Shown here: positions 9,170 to 18,557 of the stretch, one piece after another
Position numbering within the stretch: the stretch's first letter is position 1
How the letters are laid out: the number at the start of each line of letters is the position of its first letter
Origin: a virus
Lineage: Duplodnaviria > Caudoviricetes
Virus record (IMG/VR): IMGVR_UViG_2907158113_000012
Span: 3,283-67,282 of that record
Length of the DNA: 64,000 bases
Direction: 5' to 3' (one strand)
The notes under the pieces: model-generated
The model's database searches: none
What the model was told of the DNA's origin: nothing
Seen by the model: only the letters and a program-made list of their open reading frames with translations
Program-made: the position numbers and the translations under genes

Positions 9170-9793
9170 TTGAACTTTGAAAAATTGAATAAGCTCGCCG
9201 CTGCATATTTAGCGGATGGCACGGACGGCACCTTTTCCGAAATGTACAAAGAGGCGGGCGTGCTGTTCCGCCAGATTAACCGTAGCCGGATCGTGTTTTC
9301 CCGAATGGGCGACGCCAACGATGCGGACGAGCTACTGGATTCCGTTATCCTTAAGGTGATCACCAAATCATCGGATAATTTTGGATCGCTACTGCTGAAA
9401 GCACTTCGTGAAGCGCAGTTAGATTATTTCAAGACAGAGCAGCGCCGACGGAAACGTTTCGAACTTTCCATTGATAACGAGTCGCCAAACTCGGAGGTTA
9501 TGGAAAGAGACGGTGATGAGCGTCCCGTAGAAACGGCAGTTGAACTCCGTCAACGTAAAAAAAGAACCGACCAGTTGAAGCTGATCGATTCCCTTACTCG
9601 GTCCGCCAAGACCGATACCGCGACGACTACAATCGTCGAAGCATATTTGTTCGCGCCGCTAGACGCAAAGCCCACGGAGATCGCAAGATCACTTGGGATA
9701 CACCATGAGACAGTTAAACGTAAGCTTCGCAGACTTGCTCGCCGTTACGACGCCAATCGCTTCGGTGACGTCCGCGAATACTTAGCCGTTTAA
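9170..9793 (+). CDS. Sigma-factor-like / HTH transcription regulator
   Basis: DADELLDSVILKV region 2-like segment and C-terminal HTH PTEIARSLGIHHETVKRKL; TTG start after GAGGAG. Confidence 0.65.
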   Translation: MNFEKLNKLAAAYLADGTDGTFSEMYKEAGVLFRQINRSRIVFSRMGDANDADELLDSVILKVITKSSDNFGSLLLKALREAQLDYFKTEQRRRKRFELSIDNESPNSEVMERDGDERPVETAVELRQRKKRTDQLKLIDSLTRSAKTDTATTTIVEAYLFAPLDAKPTEIARSLGIHHETVKRKLRRLARRYDANRFGDVREYLAV

Positions 9794-9802
9794 ATGATTT
9801 TC

Positions 9803-9833
9803 GGAACGGGCTATCGGGCATGATGTCCGTTCC
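9803..9833. terminator. Hairpin after sigma-like gene
   Basis: GGAACGGGC...GTCCGTTCC stem; weak U-tract. Confidence 0.45.
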
Positions 9834-9934
9834 AGTATTAATTATATCACAAAGATTTAAAGATATTCCGGTGGTATTAGTTACCTTATGTATATGATTT
9901 CCTAAATATATCCATTCAATACTTCACGTTTTCA

Positions 9935-9963
9935 ATATTACGCAAAAAATTTGCGGTTGTCAA
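9935..9963 (-). promoter_or_regulatory. SigA-type promoter on minus strand
   Basis: Reverse complement reads TTGACA-N17-TAATAT. Confidence 0.65.
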
Positions 9964-10008
9964 CGCTTATTTAACTGCGCCCACTTTTAATAACCGGAGG
10001 TTAACGCC

Positions 10009-10167
10009 ATGAATCGTATAAAAAACGTTACTCATATAAATACACGCAATCCCCACGTTTCAAACAGGTTGGTCGATCGCATCTATAACGGAGGCTTCGA
10101 AAACTACGAAGATACAGCGGATTATATCGATATCCGCAGCGTTATGAAGGGGCGTGTCATCGCATGA
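10009..10167 (+). CDS. Small phage protein (52 aa)
   Basis: RBS GGAGG; ATGA overlap with next gene. Confidence 0.55.
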   Translation: MNRIKNVTHINTRNPHVSNRLVDRIYNGGFENYEDTADYIDIRSVMKGRVIA

Positions 10168-10730
10168 GTGTCGCGATTGATCCGCAAGCTGGCACGCATT
10201 TTATCGGAAAAATCTTCGTCAGTCCGCACGCTTGCGACCGCGCCGTCGAGCATTTCGGTATCGACCGCTCAAAAGCGCCCATGTACGTAATGGATATGCT
10301 GCGTAAGGCTACGTTAGTTTCACCGCTAGTCGTCGACGAGGACGGTAAGCCTGCGCGCATGTTCGCTTATCGCCGGATTGCGTTTCTCGTACATCCGACA
10401 GAAGCTACGGTCTTTACATTATATCCGCAGCACAAAGCGTCCGAATCGCTGCGTAGTCCAATTGAGCGTATTATTCTACGGGCGGTTAGCGCAGCGGAGC
10501 GCAAGGAAAAACGCGAGTTAAAACGGATTAGCGTCCGTAAAGCGGAGTTATCCGTAGAACGTGCGCAACTTGACCTCCGCCGCGCCAAGTCGGAATCCGC
10601 ACGTGTAGTTGCGGAAATGACCGCGAAAATAGCCGGAATTGATGCGGAGGCAGTGCGCCTGGAACGTGAGTTACTGGAAATTCAACGCGAGAAGACGACG
10701 CTAATGAAAAGCGTTGTAGCGTATGTCTAA
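10164..10730 (+). CDS. Hypothetical protein with C-terminal coiled coil
   Basis: RBS AAGGGG; SPHACDR N-terminal motif, heptad-rich tail. Confidence 0.7.
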   Translation: MSVAIDPQAGTHFIGKIFVSPHACDRAVEHFGIDRSKAPMYVMDMLRKATLVSPLVVDEDGKPARMFAYRRIAFLVHPTEATVFTLYPQHKASESLRSPIERIILRAVSAAERKEKRELKRISVRKAELSVERAQLDLRRAKSESARVVAEMTAKIAGIDAEAVRLERELLEIQREKTTLMKSVVAYV

Positions 10731-10863
10731 TGATGAGCTGCGCGTATATCCTACGCCAGCAACGCGGTATTAACGGCCGATAACAACGATACAAGCGCGT
10801 TAGTGCCGTGTTGCGGACGTAGGAAACTAAGGTCCGAAATAAACCGAAAAGGAACGTGATCGA

Positions 10864-11667
10864 ATGTCGATGTTTACGAAGGTAGGCGCAGAGGCAGCGG
10901 CGGCAGGCAACAACGAAGGGGGCGCGAAGGAGAGTCCGATTACTTCGTTTAAATCCGGAACAACGCTTAAGGTTGGCGTTAAGTCGATTAACGATGTGGC
11001 GGAGTATTACGGTTACAGCATCTTCAAGAAAGTTAACACGTTCGTTCCGAAGAACCCCGCAACACGTAATGCTCGCGGCTATATCGACGCTAATCCGACC
11101 GTATGGGATCAAGCGGCTGCGCTCCTTTATAAAGAGGCGGACACAGCGAAGAATGCCGGAGCTAGTGAGGACGCAGTTAAGAAGATTACGGATGAGGCGT
11201 ATTTGTATCGCGGTAAGAAACGTTTCCTTCGCGCATTCTTCGACTTAGCGACTGGTAAGGACGTAGTAGTCGATCTGAGTCCGAAGCAAGAGGAAACGCT
11301 CAAGGCCGTTATCAAGAAATACGAGAAGAAGCTCGGAACAATCGCGTTCGAACTCGCGAAGACCGGATCGAGCACAAACGCAGTCGTCGCGCTGTCTCCG
11401 ATCATTGACATGGACGAAGACCTCACGCCAGAAGAACGCGCTAACTTCGCTAAGCTCGGGGCGGCTCCGTTTGAACTCGCGGATTTCGAAACGTGCTTAT
11501 ACGTAGCCGATGACGCCGAACAAACGAAGAATCTCGTAGTTGCGGGCTTTGATATCGGACGACTCGGATTGTCTATCGGAGCGAGCGCGGGAACTAGTAC
11601 GCAGACTCCGCCGCCAGCCGACGCCGACGCACCGCTTGAAATTACGGAGGAGGAATTGCCCTTCTAA
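10864..11667 (+). CDS. Phage single-stranded DNA-binding protein
   Basis: Acidic C-terminus EITEEELPF; located in replication module. Confidence 0.7.
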   Translation: MSMFTKVGAEAAAAGNNEGGAKESPITSFKSGTTLKVGVKSINDVAEYYGYSIFKKVNTFVPKNPATRNARGYIDANPTVWDQAAALLYKEADTAKNAGASEDAVKKITDEAYLYRGKKRFLRAFFDLATGKDVVVDLSPKQEETLKAVIKKYEKKLGTIAFELAKTGSSTNAVVALSPIIDMDEDLTPEERANFAKLGAAPFELADFETCLYVADDAEQTKNLVVAGFDIGRLGLSIGASAGTSTQTPPPADADAPLEITEEELPF

Positions 11668-11834
11668 TGCGGAGTCTACGGCGTTATCTCAAACGAATAT
11701 TCCGGAGGTGTCCGCTAGCATGTGCGTAGCAACTTTAGAACGGACGCAGCTCTTAGCGTCAGGTAACAACGGTAATAAACCGCCGGTCCGCGTGTTGGTT
11801 GCGCTGGCTGGCGGAGAATATAACGAGAGAGGAC

Positions 11835-12257
11835 GTGGTTCAGACGGCACATATTTCGGAAGTCGTAGGTAAGTATTCGGAGCTTGCCGCAAGATTAGCG
11901 TTATTGGCGAACGGATGGACGGTACACCAATCGGAGACGGATGAAGCGTACGATGTCCTTGCGCAAGATCCCGTAAGCGGAGATTATGCGCGGATTCAAG
12001 TGAAGACGGTAAGACAGCGGGCCGATCGCGGCGGGGACCTCGTTGTGTATGCCAAGAAGGGAAACGGAACAACTTACGACCTGGCCGACGCTGATTATTT
12101 TATCGGAGTTCTTCCGGATGGAAGCGCGGCTCCTCGTGTATTTATGTTCGAGAACCGGCTAATCGGGGAGTACTGGTGTAACGAGGCGAGGGCCTCCGAG
12201 CGTTGGGTAGAGCTTCCTTTAGCCTTAGACAGGACTACACTCGGCGGCGTAGCGTAG
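11835..12257 (+). CDS. PD-(D/E)XK nuclease-fold protein (start GTG 11835 or ACG 11844)
   Basis: G..SE, YDVL, IQVKT motifs. Confidence 0.7.
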   Translation: MVQTAHISEVVGKYSELAARLALLANGWTVHQSETDEAYDVLAQDPVSGDYARIQVKTVRQRADRGGDLVVYAKKGNGTTYDLADADYFIGVLPDGSAAPRVFMFENRLIGEYWCNEARASERWVELPLALDRTTLGGVA

Positions 12258-12917
12258 ATGGGCACCCTTATTAATCTAACAGGAGAGCGCTTCGGCAGAT
12301 TTACGGTGCTAGAACAGGCTAAGTGTAGCAGGTTCGGGAAGGCACGTTGGGTTTGCGTTTGTGACTGTGGCGCACAGAGGACGGTCCAGAGCCGCGACCT
12401 GAGAAAAGGTAAATCTACCTCATGCGGATGCCTGCATCGAGAGATGACATCTGAGCGCAGAACCACGCACGGCATGTCCAGTAGGTCAAGATTCTACCGC
12501 ATATGGGCGGAAATGAAGCGCAGATGTGCGGACCCAAAGCGTCGCTCATATCGGGATTATGGCGGTAGAGGAATCCGAGTGGATGACCGTTGGCTAAAGT
12601 TTGAGAACTTTAAAGAGGACATGCACGGTGCATATCTTGCCCACGCTGCAGAGTATGGAGAGGACTCGACTACGATCGAGCGGATTGACGTTAATGGTAG
12701 CTACTGCGCTGATAATACTTGCTGGGTAACAAAAGCTGAGCAGGCTCTCAATACCCGTTCAACGCTAAATGCGATCGGAGTTTTTGAGACGAACAGCGGA
12801 AAGTGGTGCGCATACATCAAGCGTAGAGGAAATAAACATTCACGAACGTTTGAGACTAGGGACGAGGCGCTAGAATGGCGCGCCGGAATCGCGGATATGT
12901 ACGCTAAGTCTGTATAA
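12258..12917 (+). CDS. HNH/AP2-type homing endonuclease, free-standing
   Basis: CVCDCG..SCGC, YGGRGI, IERIDVNGSYCADN, C-terminal AP2-like GKWCAYI..A..WR. Confidence 0.85.
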   Translation: MGTLINLTGERFGRFTVLEQAKCSRFGKARWVCVCDCGAQRTVQSRDLRKGKSTSCGCLHREMTSERRTTHGMSSRSRFYRIWAEMKRRCADPKRRSYRDYGGRGIRVDDRWLKFENFKEDMHGAYLAHAAEYGEDSTTIERIDVNGSYCADNTCWVTKAEQALNTRSTLNAIGVFETNSGKWCAYIKRRGNKHSRTFETRDEALEWRAGIADMYAKSV

Positions 12918-12991
12918 TCTCGAAGTCCCGCAGGTACGAACCGGGGCGGAGGCGTCGGAAGACGCAGTCCCAACGAAGGAGACCCGTATAA

Positions 12992-14746
12992 ATGACGAAA
13001 CTAAACGTAGTAATTCCGGCTGTAAACGTAATGGTAGAGATCGGCGGAAGTAACGTAGAGTTCCGCAAAGTTGACCGGAAGGCGCAGGCGGGCGATATCG
13101 TGAAAATTACGGAGGATGATATGCCTCGCTACGTAATAGAGGGCGCATTTTACGAGGTTGACAGCGTAGATTCGCACGGAGATCCGCAGATTATCGACGA
13201 GGACGGAGACGAATACGACCTTTGCGGACATAGCTTCGAAGTCTACGAAGCGCTCACGCCAGTATTCGCCGAGGTCGCCGCCGAATCTACGGGCGAAATC
13301 ACGTTCGAAGGCGCACAATACCGCAAGGTCAACCGCTCAGCTCGCGAAGGTGATGTTATCATCCTACGCTCGGCACCGTTTGAAGAGTACGACATTACGC
13401 AGGGAACTCCGTACGAAGTAACTCTCGTTGACTCTTCGGATGATCCGCATATTAAGGACGACGAAGGTGGCGATTACGATACGTGTGACGACGTGTTCGA
13501 CGTGTACGAAAAGGTAAGCGCAGAGACAACGGTACGCGGTGTGCAATATCTCGAGGTTAAACGCCAAGCCCGCGCCGGTGAGACGATTAAGATGATGGAC
13601 GATGACGGAGCCGACGGATGGGCGGAAGGTGATACGTTTATTGTAACGGAGATTGATTCGGACGGTGACGCTGTATTCGAGGATAACGACGGAGATACGC
13701 GCTATAAGGATACGGATTACTACGTCGTACTCGAACCGGTCAACGCGGAAGCTAAAGCGGAGTCAGCCGCGAAGCCTAAACGTTTGACCGTCGGAGACTA
13801 TGCGAAGGTAGTTAATCCAAAAGGATATCGCGAGCATAGACGCGGACAAATCGTTGAGATTTTCGAAGACGTGCACGATAGACAGCCGTTCAAAGCGCGC
13901 AGTCTGATCGATGGCGGCGAAAATTGGTACTGTGAGCACGAGATTACACTTGCAACTCCCGAAGAGGTAAGCGCAGCAAAAGCAGCAGCACAAGCGGAAG
14001 CTCAGCGTAAAGCCGCAATCGGACCGTTTGCTGGCGGAGGCTTTGCGCAGATCATCGACCGCACAAAATCGTTAGCAATGAGTGCGGCTGACACGGACGG
14101 ATACGTGAAGGTAAGCGTTGAACCGGACGGTAAATATGCGCTTAGCTTGAAGAAGTCTAACGGGGAATATTCCGGATACTGCAACGCGGACGCCCTGCGC
14201 CAGATTACGGAAGAAGAGTATAACGCAGCGGTTGCGCCAAAGCCTACGTTTAGCGTCGGTGATAAAATCCGGATTACGCGTACTCAAGCTAACTGGCCGG
14301 TAGGAACCGTCGCTACAATTACGGAAGTACTGGCGTGTCCTAACCACTCAAGCGGAACAGTTCGGGCTCACGCGTTGGGCGACACGTACCTTGCTGACGG
14401 AAATTGCTTCGAACTGCTGACCGCAGAAGAAGCGTCCGCCATCGAGAAGGAAGCGCAGGAAGCCGAAGAAAAGAGACGCGAGGAGCTTAAATGGGCGACA
14501 ATCGGACGCAAGGTCGGCGAGTTTAAACGTGGAGATATCGTCAGTTTCGTTAAGACTGGCGGAGAGAAAGGCGTAGGCACCGTTGAGGACAGCGGTAGTG
14601 TCGACGATTGCATAGGCGTAAGAGTCGGAGCACAGCCGTATGATGGCGAGAAGTATCGCGGAGTATTTTTCGATGAGGGCGATAGCGCAACGCTTATCAC
14701 TCCGGTCGAACAGCGCTTCGATACAGCGGTTAAAAGCGTAGCCTAA
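12992..14746 (+). CDS. Large modular phage protein with repeated small beta-domains
   Basis: Three (K/E)V.R.A..G(D/E) repeats plus VGD..KV/KI modules. Confidence 0.75.
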   Translation: MTKLNVVIPAVNVMVEIGGSNVEFRKVDRKAQAGDIVKITEDDMPRYVIEGAFYEVDSVDSHGDPQIIDEDGDEYDLCGHSFEVYEALTPVFAEVAAESTGEITFEGAQYRKVNRSAREGDVIILRSAPFEEYDITQGTPYEVTLVDSSDDPHIKDDEGGDYDTCDDVFDVYEKVSAETTVRGVQYLEVKRQARAGETIKMMDDDGADGWAEGDTFIVTEIDSDGDAVFEDNDGDTRYKDTDYYVVLEPVNAEAKAESAAKPKRLTVGDYAKVVNPKGYREHRRGQIVEIFEDVHDRQPFKARSLIDGGENWYCEHEITLATPEEVSAAKAAAQAEAQRKAAIGPFAGGGFAQIIDRTKSLAMSAADTDGYVKVSVEPDGKYALSLKKSNGEYSGYCNADALRQITEEEYNAAVAPKPTFSVGDKIRITRTQANWPVGTVATITEVLACPNHSSGTVRAHALGDTYLADGNCFELLTAEEASAIEKEAQEAEEKRREELKWATIGRKVGEFKRGDIVSFVKTGGEKGVGTVEDSGSVDDCIGVRVGAQPYDGEKYRGVFFDEGDSATLITPVEQRFDTAVKSVA

Positions 14747-14766
14747 TACGAAAGGAGTGAGCGGAC

Positions 14767-17034
14767 ATAGACGTTAAATTAACGCTTAATCTACGCAGTC
14801 CCACCGCAGCCGAAGCGCCGGAAGACGTAACGGAGCGCATAGCCAGCGCGACCAAACGTAAGAAAGCGGCGGAGGAGACGATAGCGGACGCTTGGATTCG
14901 CATACTCGCGCTAAAGAATACGGATGCCGATCGCGATAAGTTACTCGCGGTAAAAGACGCAATGGATACGGGTGTGACGGGCAGACACCCGTCCAGCGTC
15001 GGCAAGCGGTTCAGCAAGGCGGAGGCTATGCGGATTTACGAGGACTTACGCGTTTCGATCCGCGAGGAAAGATTGCGCAGCATGGTCGCGAAGACTCCGG
15101 CGAATTATTTCCTCATCGATAACGAGCGGCTACTCGCGCGGCTCAACGATAGACTACGCAAGGAAACGGAAGTTGCGGTCGATACGGAAACTACTGGAGT
15201 AGACGTTTACACAGACGTGATTGTCGGTCTGTCATTAACGTTGCCTTCCGTAAGCATTCCGCCGCTGGCCGAAAAGGGAATGCACGTCTACATTCCGGTT
15301 AGTCACGATGAAGGCGAACAGTTATCGCGAGATTACGTACTGCAGGAATTGCGTTGGTTCCTTTATAGTGCGGATATCGGCAAGGTTCTTCATAACGCTA
15401 TATTCGATATCGCGATGTTCCGGCGACACGGTTCGGATCTGCGCGGGGTAATTTGGGATACGATGGTCGCGATGCACTTACTTAACGAGAACGAACCATC
15501 GTTCCGTCTCAAAGACTTAGCGCCAAAATATCTCGGAGTTGAGTCAGACACATTTGCGGAGTTATTCGGCAAGACGCCGTTTAACGAAATGCCGCTAGAC
15601 ATTGCGCTGGCTTACGCGGCAAAGGATACCGACCTAACCTGGCGTATGTATCAATTTCAGCGCAAACACTTCGCCTCGCTTCCGACCGTGCTCGAATACT
15701 ACGAGACGGTTGAGGTGCCGCTGCTCTACGTAATCGTAGATTTGGAGGCTAACGGATATATCCTCGACTTAGATTTCGCGAAAGAATACGGTGAGCAACT
15801 GAGCGCTCGCGCCAAAGAGCTGCACACGAAGCTGATCGGAGTCCTGGCGAAACATCACGAAGGTGACGGCGAGCTTAATCTCAATTCTACGCCGCAGATG
15901 AAGGCGGTTCTCTCGAAAGAAATCGGCCGCGACATTCCGAATATGGACGCGAAGAAGACGCTCAAACCGCTGGGCCGTGAGTTCGAAATAATCGCGGACT
16001 TACTCGAATACCGCAAGATAACGAAGCTCAGCGGAACTTACATTGACGCGCTGCCAACGAAGCAGAATCCGACGACTAAGCGCTGGCACTCGCGGTTTAA
16101 TCCGATGGGAACCGTCACTGGCCGCTTTAGCTCCGGCAAAGACGAGGATGCTGCGGATTCCAACCAATTCAACGTTCAGAACCAGCCGGAGGAAGCGCGT
16201 AAGATGTTCCTTGCGCCGGCGGGAAAGGTCTTAGTATCTGCGGACTTTAAGGCGCAAGAGATACGCTGTACCGCGTACATGTCCGGCGAGCCCGTGCTAA
16301 TCGAAGCGTTCGAAAAGGGAATTGATCCGTACGCTAACATGGCGAGCATGTACTACAAGCGCCCTTATCACGAAGTTTACAAGCTGCCGAACGGGGAGGA
16401 TACACCAGAACGTAAAGCGATGAAGGTCGTATGGCTCGCGACACTATACGGGATGAGCGACTTCTCACTCGCGGACATGCTCGGACTAAAGAAACCGGAG
16501 GCGACCGCGTTTAAAGAAGAGCTGTTCGGAAGCATGCCGAAGTTATCCGCGTGGCTCAAGGCTAACGAAGAACACGTCGCCAAGTACGGTTTCGTTTGGG
16601 CAGATAAGCAGCAGCGTAAACGGCGCTTGCCTGACGGAAAACTTAAGCGCAAAGAAATCCCGTACGGTAAGTGGAACGATCCGAAGTACGAAGAGTGGCG
16701 CAAGCATAACGGAAAGATTAATCGTGCTATGCGCCAAGGTACGAATGCTCGCGTTCAGGGGAGTTCCGCCGTTCAAACGAAAGTAACGATGATTAAAGCG
16801 CACGAAGCGTGTGAGGACCGCGAAGGCTGGGCGCTTTGGGGGACGATTCATGACGAATTGGTGTTCGAGCTTCCGGAGGAATTTACGCGGGAGGACATCG
16901 CCGTTATTGAGCGCATTATGACGCAGTCGTATTCGTGGGGCAACGTAGCCAACGGAACGGATATCGCGATTATGCTGCGCTGGGGTAAAGGCGTAACGCC
17001 AGACGAATGGTTCAAAAATAAGGAGGCTGCGTAA
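14767..17034 (+). CDS. polA: DNA polymerase family A with 3'-5' exonuclease (probable ATA start)
   Basis: DTETTG, HNAIFD, TGRFSS, ADFKAQE, IHDE motifs; frame open back to ATA 14767 after AAGGAGTGA. Confidence 0.9.
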   Translation: MDVKLTLNLRSPTAAEAPEDVTERIASATKRKKAAEETIADAWIRILALKNTDADRDKLLAVKDAMDTGVTGRHPSSVGKRFSKAEAMRIYEDLRVSIREERLRSMVAKTPANYFLIDNERLLARLNDRLRKETEVAVDTETTGVDVYTDVIVGLSLTLPSVSIPPLAEKGMHVYIPVSHDEGEQLSRDYVLQELRWFLYSADIGKVLHNAIFDIAMFRRHGSDLRGVIWDTMVAMHLLNENEPSFRLKDLAPKYLGVESDTFAELFGKTPFNEMPLDIALAYAAKDTDLTWRMYQFQRKHFASLPTVLEYYETVEVPLLYVIVDLEANGYILDLDFAKEYGEQLSARAKELHTKLIGVLAKHHEGDGELNLNSTPQMKAVLSKEIGRDIPNMDAKKTLKPLGREFEIIADLLEYRKITKLSGTYIDALPTKQNPTTKRWHSRFNPMGTVTGRFSSGKDEDAADSNQFNVQNQPEEARKMFLAPAGKVLVSADFKAQEIRCTAYMSGEPVLIEAFEKGIDPYANMASMYYKRPYHEVYKLPNGEDTPERKAMKVVWLATLYGMSDFSLADMLGLKKPEATAFKEELFGSMPKLSAWLKANEEHVAKYGFVWADKQQRKRRLPDGKLKRKEIPYGKWNDPKYEEWRKHNGKINRAMRQGTNARVQGSSAVQTKVTMIKAHEACEDREGWALWGTIHDELVFELPEEFTREDIAVIERIMTQSYSWGNVANGTDIAIMLRWGKGVTPDEWFKNKEAA

Positions 17035-17036
17035 TT

Positions 17037-17678
17037 ATGGCGATATCACAAGCGAAGAAACTCGAACTTATCACGAAGCACGCGAAGAAATTTACGGTTA
17101 AGCCGGGCGGAGGCACTCCCGTACTAGAAGGCGTACGTTACCTCGATGATGGATCCGTAGTCGCAACGGATCGCCACACGCTGTTACGGATCGGCGGCGC
17201 GCATAACTTTGCGGAGGCATTCACGTCTCACGCTAAAACAGGCGCGCCCGTTGACGGTCAGTATCCGGACACTTCGCGCTTAATTCCGATGGAGTTTACG
17301 TCCCAAATTACGTTAAGCGCCACGAACTTGAAGGACTCGATTGCCTGCGTAAAGGTGGCGCTTGAAGCCGCGAAACTATCCGCCGGCGATAGGCGGAATC
17401 TCGCGCTACTTAGGTACGCGGACGATGCCGCCACACTCTCCGTTACGAGCGATAATCCTACGCTGACGTTTAGCGCAGGAATCAACGCGGACCTATTCGG
17501 GCCGGATATGGCGGTTGCGTTCAACGCGGAGTACATGCTTAACGCGCTTAACGTATTCAAGGACGCGGGATCTCAGCGTGTGATTATCGGATTGAGCGGC
17601 AATTTACAGCCGATCATTCTGCGCGATGAAGATAACGAGATCGACGTAATTGTGCTTCCGTATCGGATCGCGTCATGA
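17037..17678 (+). CDS. Beta sliding clamp-like protein, about two domains
   Basis: VATDRHTL, GQYPDTSRLIP, AFNAEYMLNAL, VLPYR motifs resembling DnaN domains II-III. Confidence 0.8.
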   Translation: MAISQAKKLELITKHAKKFTVKPGGGTPVLEGVRYLDDGSVVATDRHTLLRIGGAHNFAEAFTSHAKTGAPVDGQYPDTSRLIPMEFTSQITLSATNLKDSIACVKVALEAAKLSAGDRRNLALLRYADDAATLSVTSDNPTLTFSAGINADLFGPDMAVAFNAEYMLNALNVFKDAGSQRVIIGLSGNLQPIILRDEDNEIDVIVLPYRIAS

Positions 17679-17893
17679 GGGCGCCGTTACTCACCGAAGA
17701 CGACTACGCCGACCTCCGCGCAGCCGTCCGCCAATACGTAAGCTGCGCGATTGATAACGGAGATTACCCGGAGTATCCGGATGAGGCGGCGGAAACATTT
17801 TGCGCAGACTATCGCGTGGATTACGCACGGCTCGGCGATATGGTCGAGCGGATAATAAACGAGGAGGTTATACGTTATGGAAAACGTTATTGA
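17675..17893 (+). CDS. Hypothetical phage protein
   Basis: ATGA overlap. Confidence 0.55.
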   Translation: MRAPLLTEDDYADLRAAVRQYVSCAIDNGDYPEYPDEAAETFCADYRVDYARLGDMVERIINEEVIRYGKRY

Positions 17894-18230
17894 TAAGCTG
17901 CGCGAGTTAGAGGCGAAGGCTTCCAGCTACTATAGAATGGTCGGGGATGATGACTGGCGCGAGATTGACGATATTCTCGACGCCTACAAGCCGGAAGGCT
18001 ACGAGATAGACGAAGTAGAATCGCGGCAAGGCGAGGGAGGCCGTTGGACTACGCGAGAAATTACTACGTACAAGATTACGCAGACTGACGGGAAGGTTGC
18101 GCACTTTAAAATCGACCGCGAGTGTCCGGCTACGGAAATGCAGGAAGGCGGAGACTTTGCGTTCGAAATATGGGAAGTAGTTCCGCGCGAAGTCACCGTT
18201 ACAAAATACATTCCGGGGAGGGCTGCGTAA
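17877..18230 (+). CDS. Hypothetical phage protein
   Basis: RBS GAGGAGG. Confidence 0.7.
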   Translation: MENVIDKLRELEAKASSYYRMVGDDDWREIDDILDAYKPEGYEIDEVESRQGEGGRWTTREITTYKITQTDGKVAHFKIDRECPATEMQEGGDFAFEIWEVVPREVTVTKYIPGRAA

Positions 18231-18556
18231 TGGCATATCGAAAGATTAAGGTTCCCGTTTGCCCGCAGTGTGGCACAGAGATTGTAAACGGATATTGCTA
18301 CGATTGTCGTTGCTTATGTCAGATGGTTAAACGAGACCGATGCCAAGCGTCTGGAAATTTTACAGTAGTCGACTGGTTTTCATCACGATCGAGTGCTGGT
18401 CTTATCTTAGAAGATACGGACGGTAACCGATATCCGATCTATATGTCTGATGTGTTTATGCATTTGAACGGTACGGATTTCAGAAGCCTGACGCTTGAGG
18501 AGACTAAAAAGGGATCCGCGTACGGATGGAAGATAATTACGAAGGAGGCGGCTTAA
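18230..18556 (+). CDS. Cys-rich phage protein
   Basis: CPQCG..CYDC; TAATG coupling. Confidence 0.65.
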   Translation: MAYRKIKVPVCPQCGTEIVNGYCYDCRCLCQMVKRDRCQASGNFTVVDWFSSRSSAGLILEDTDGNRYPIYMSDVFMHLNGTDFRSLTLEETKKGSAYGWKIITKEAA

Positions 18557-18557
18557 T

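Noticed and set aside
10728-10830. TGATGAG...GAAAC resembling a hammerhead ribozyme core
   Set aside because: The conserved C of CUGAUGA is missing and stem II does not close next to GAAA; kept only as a hairpin
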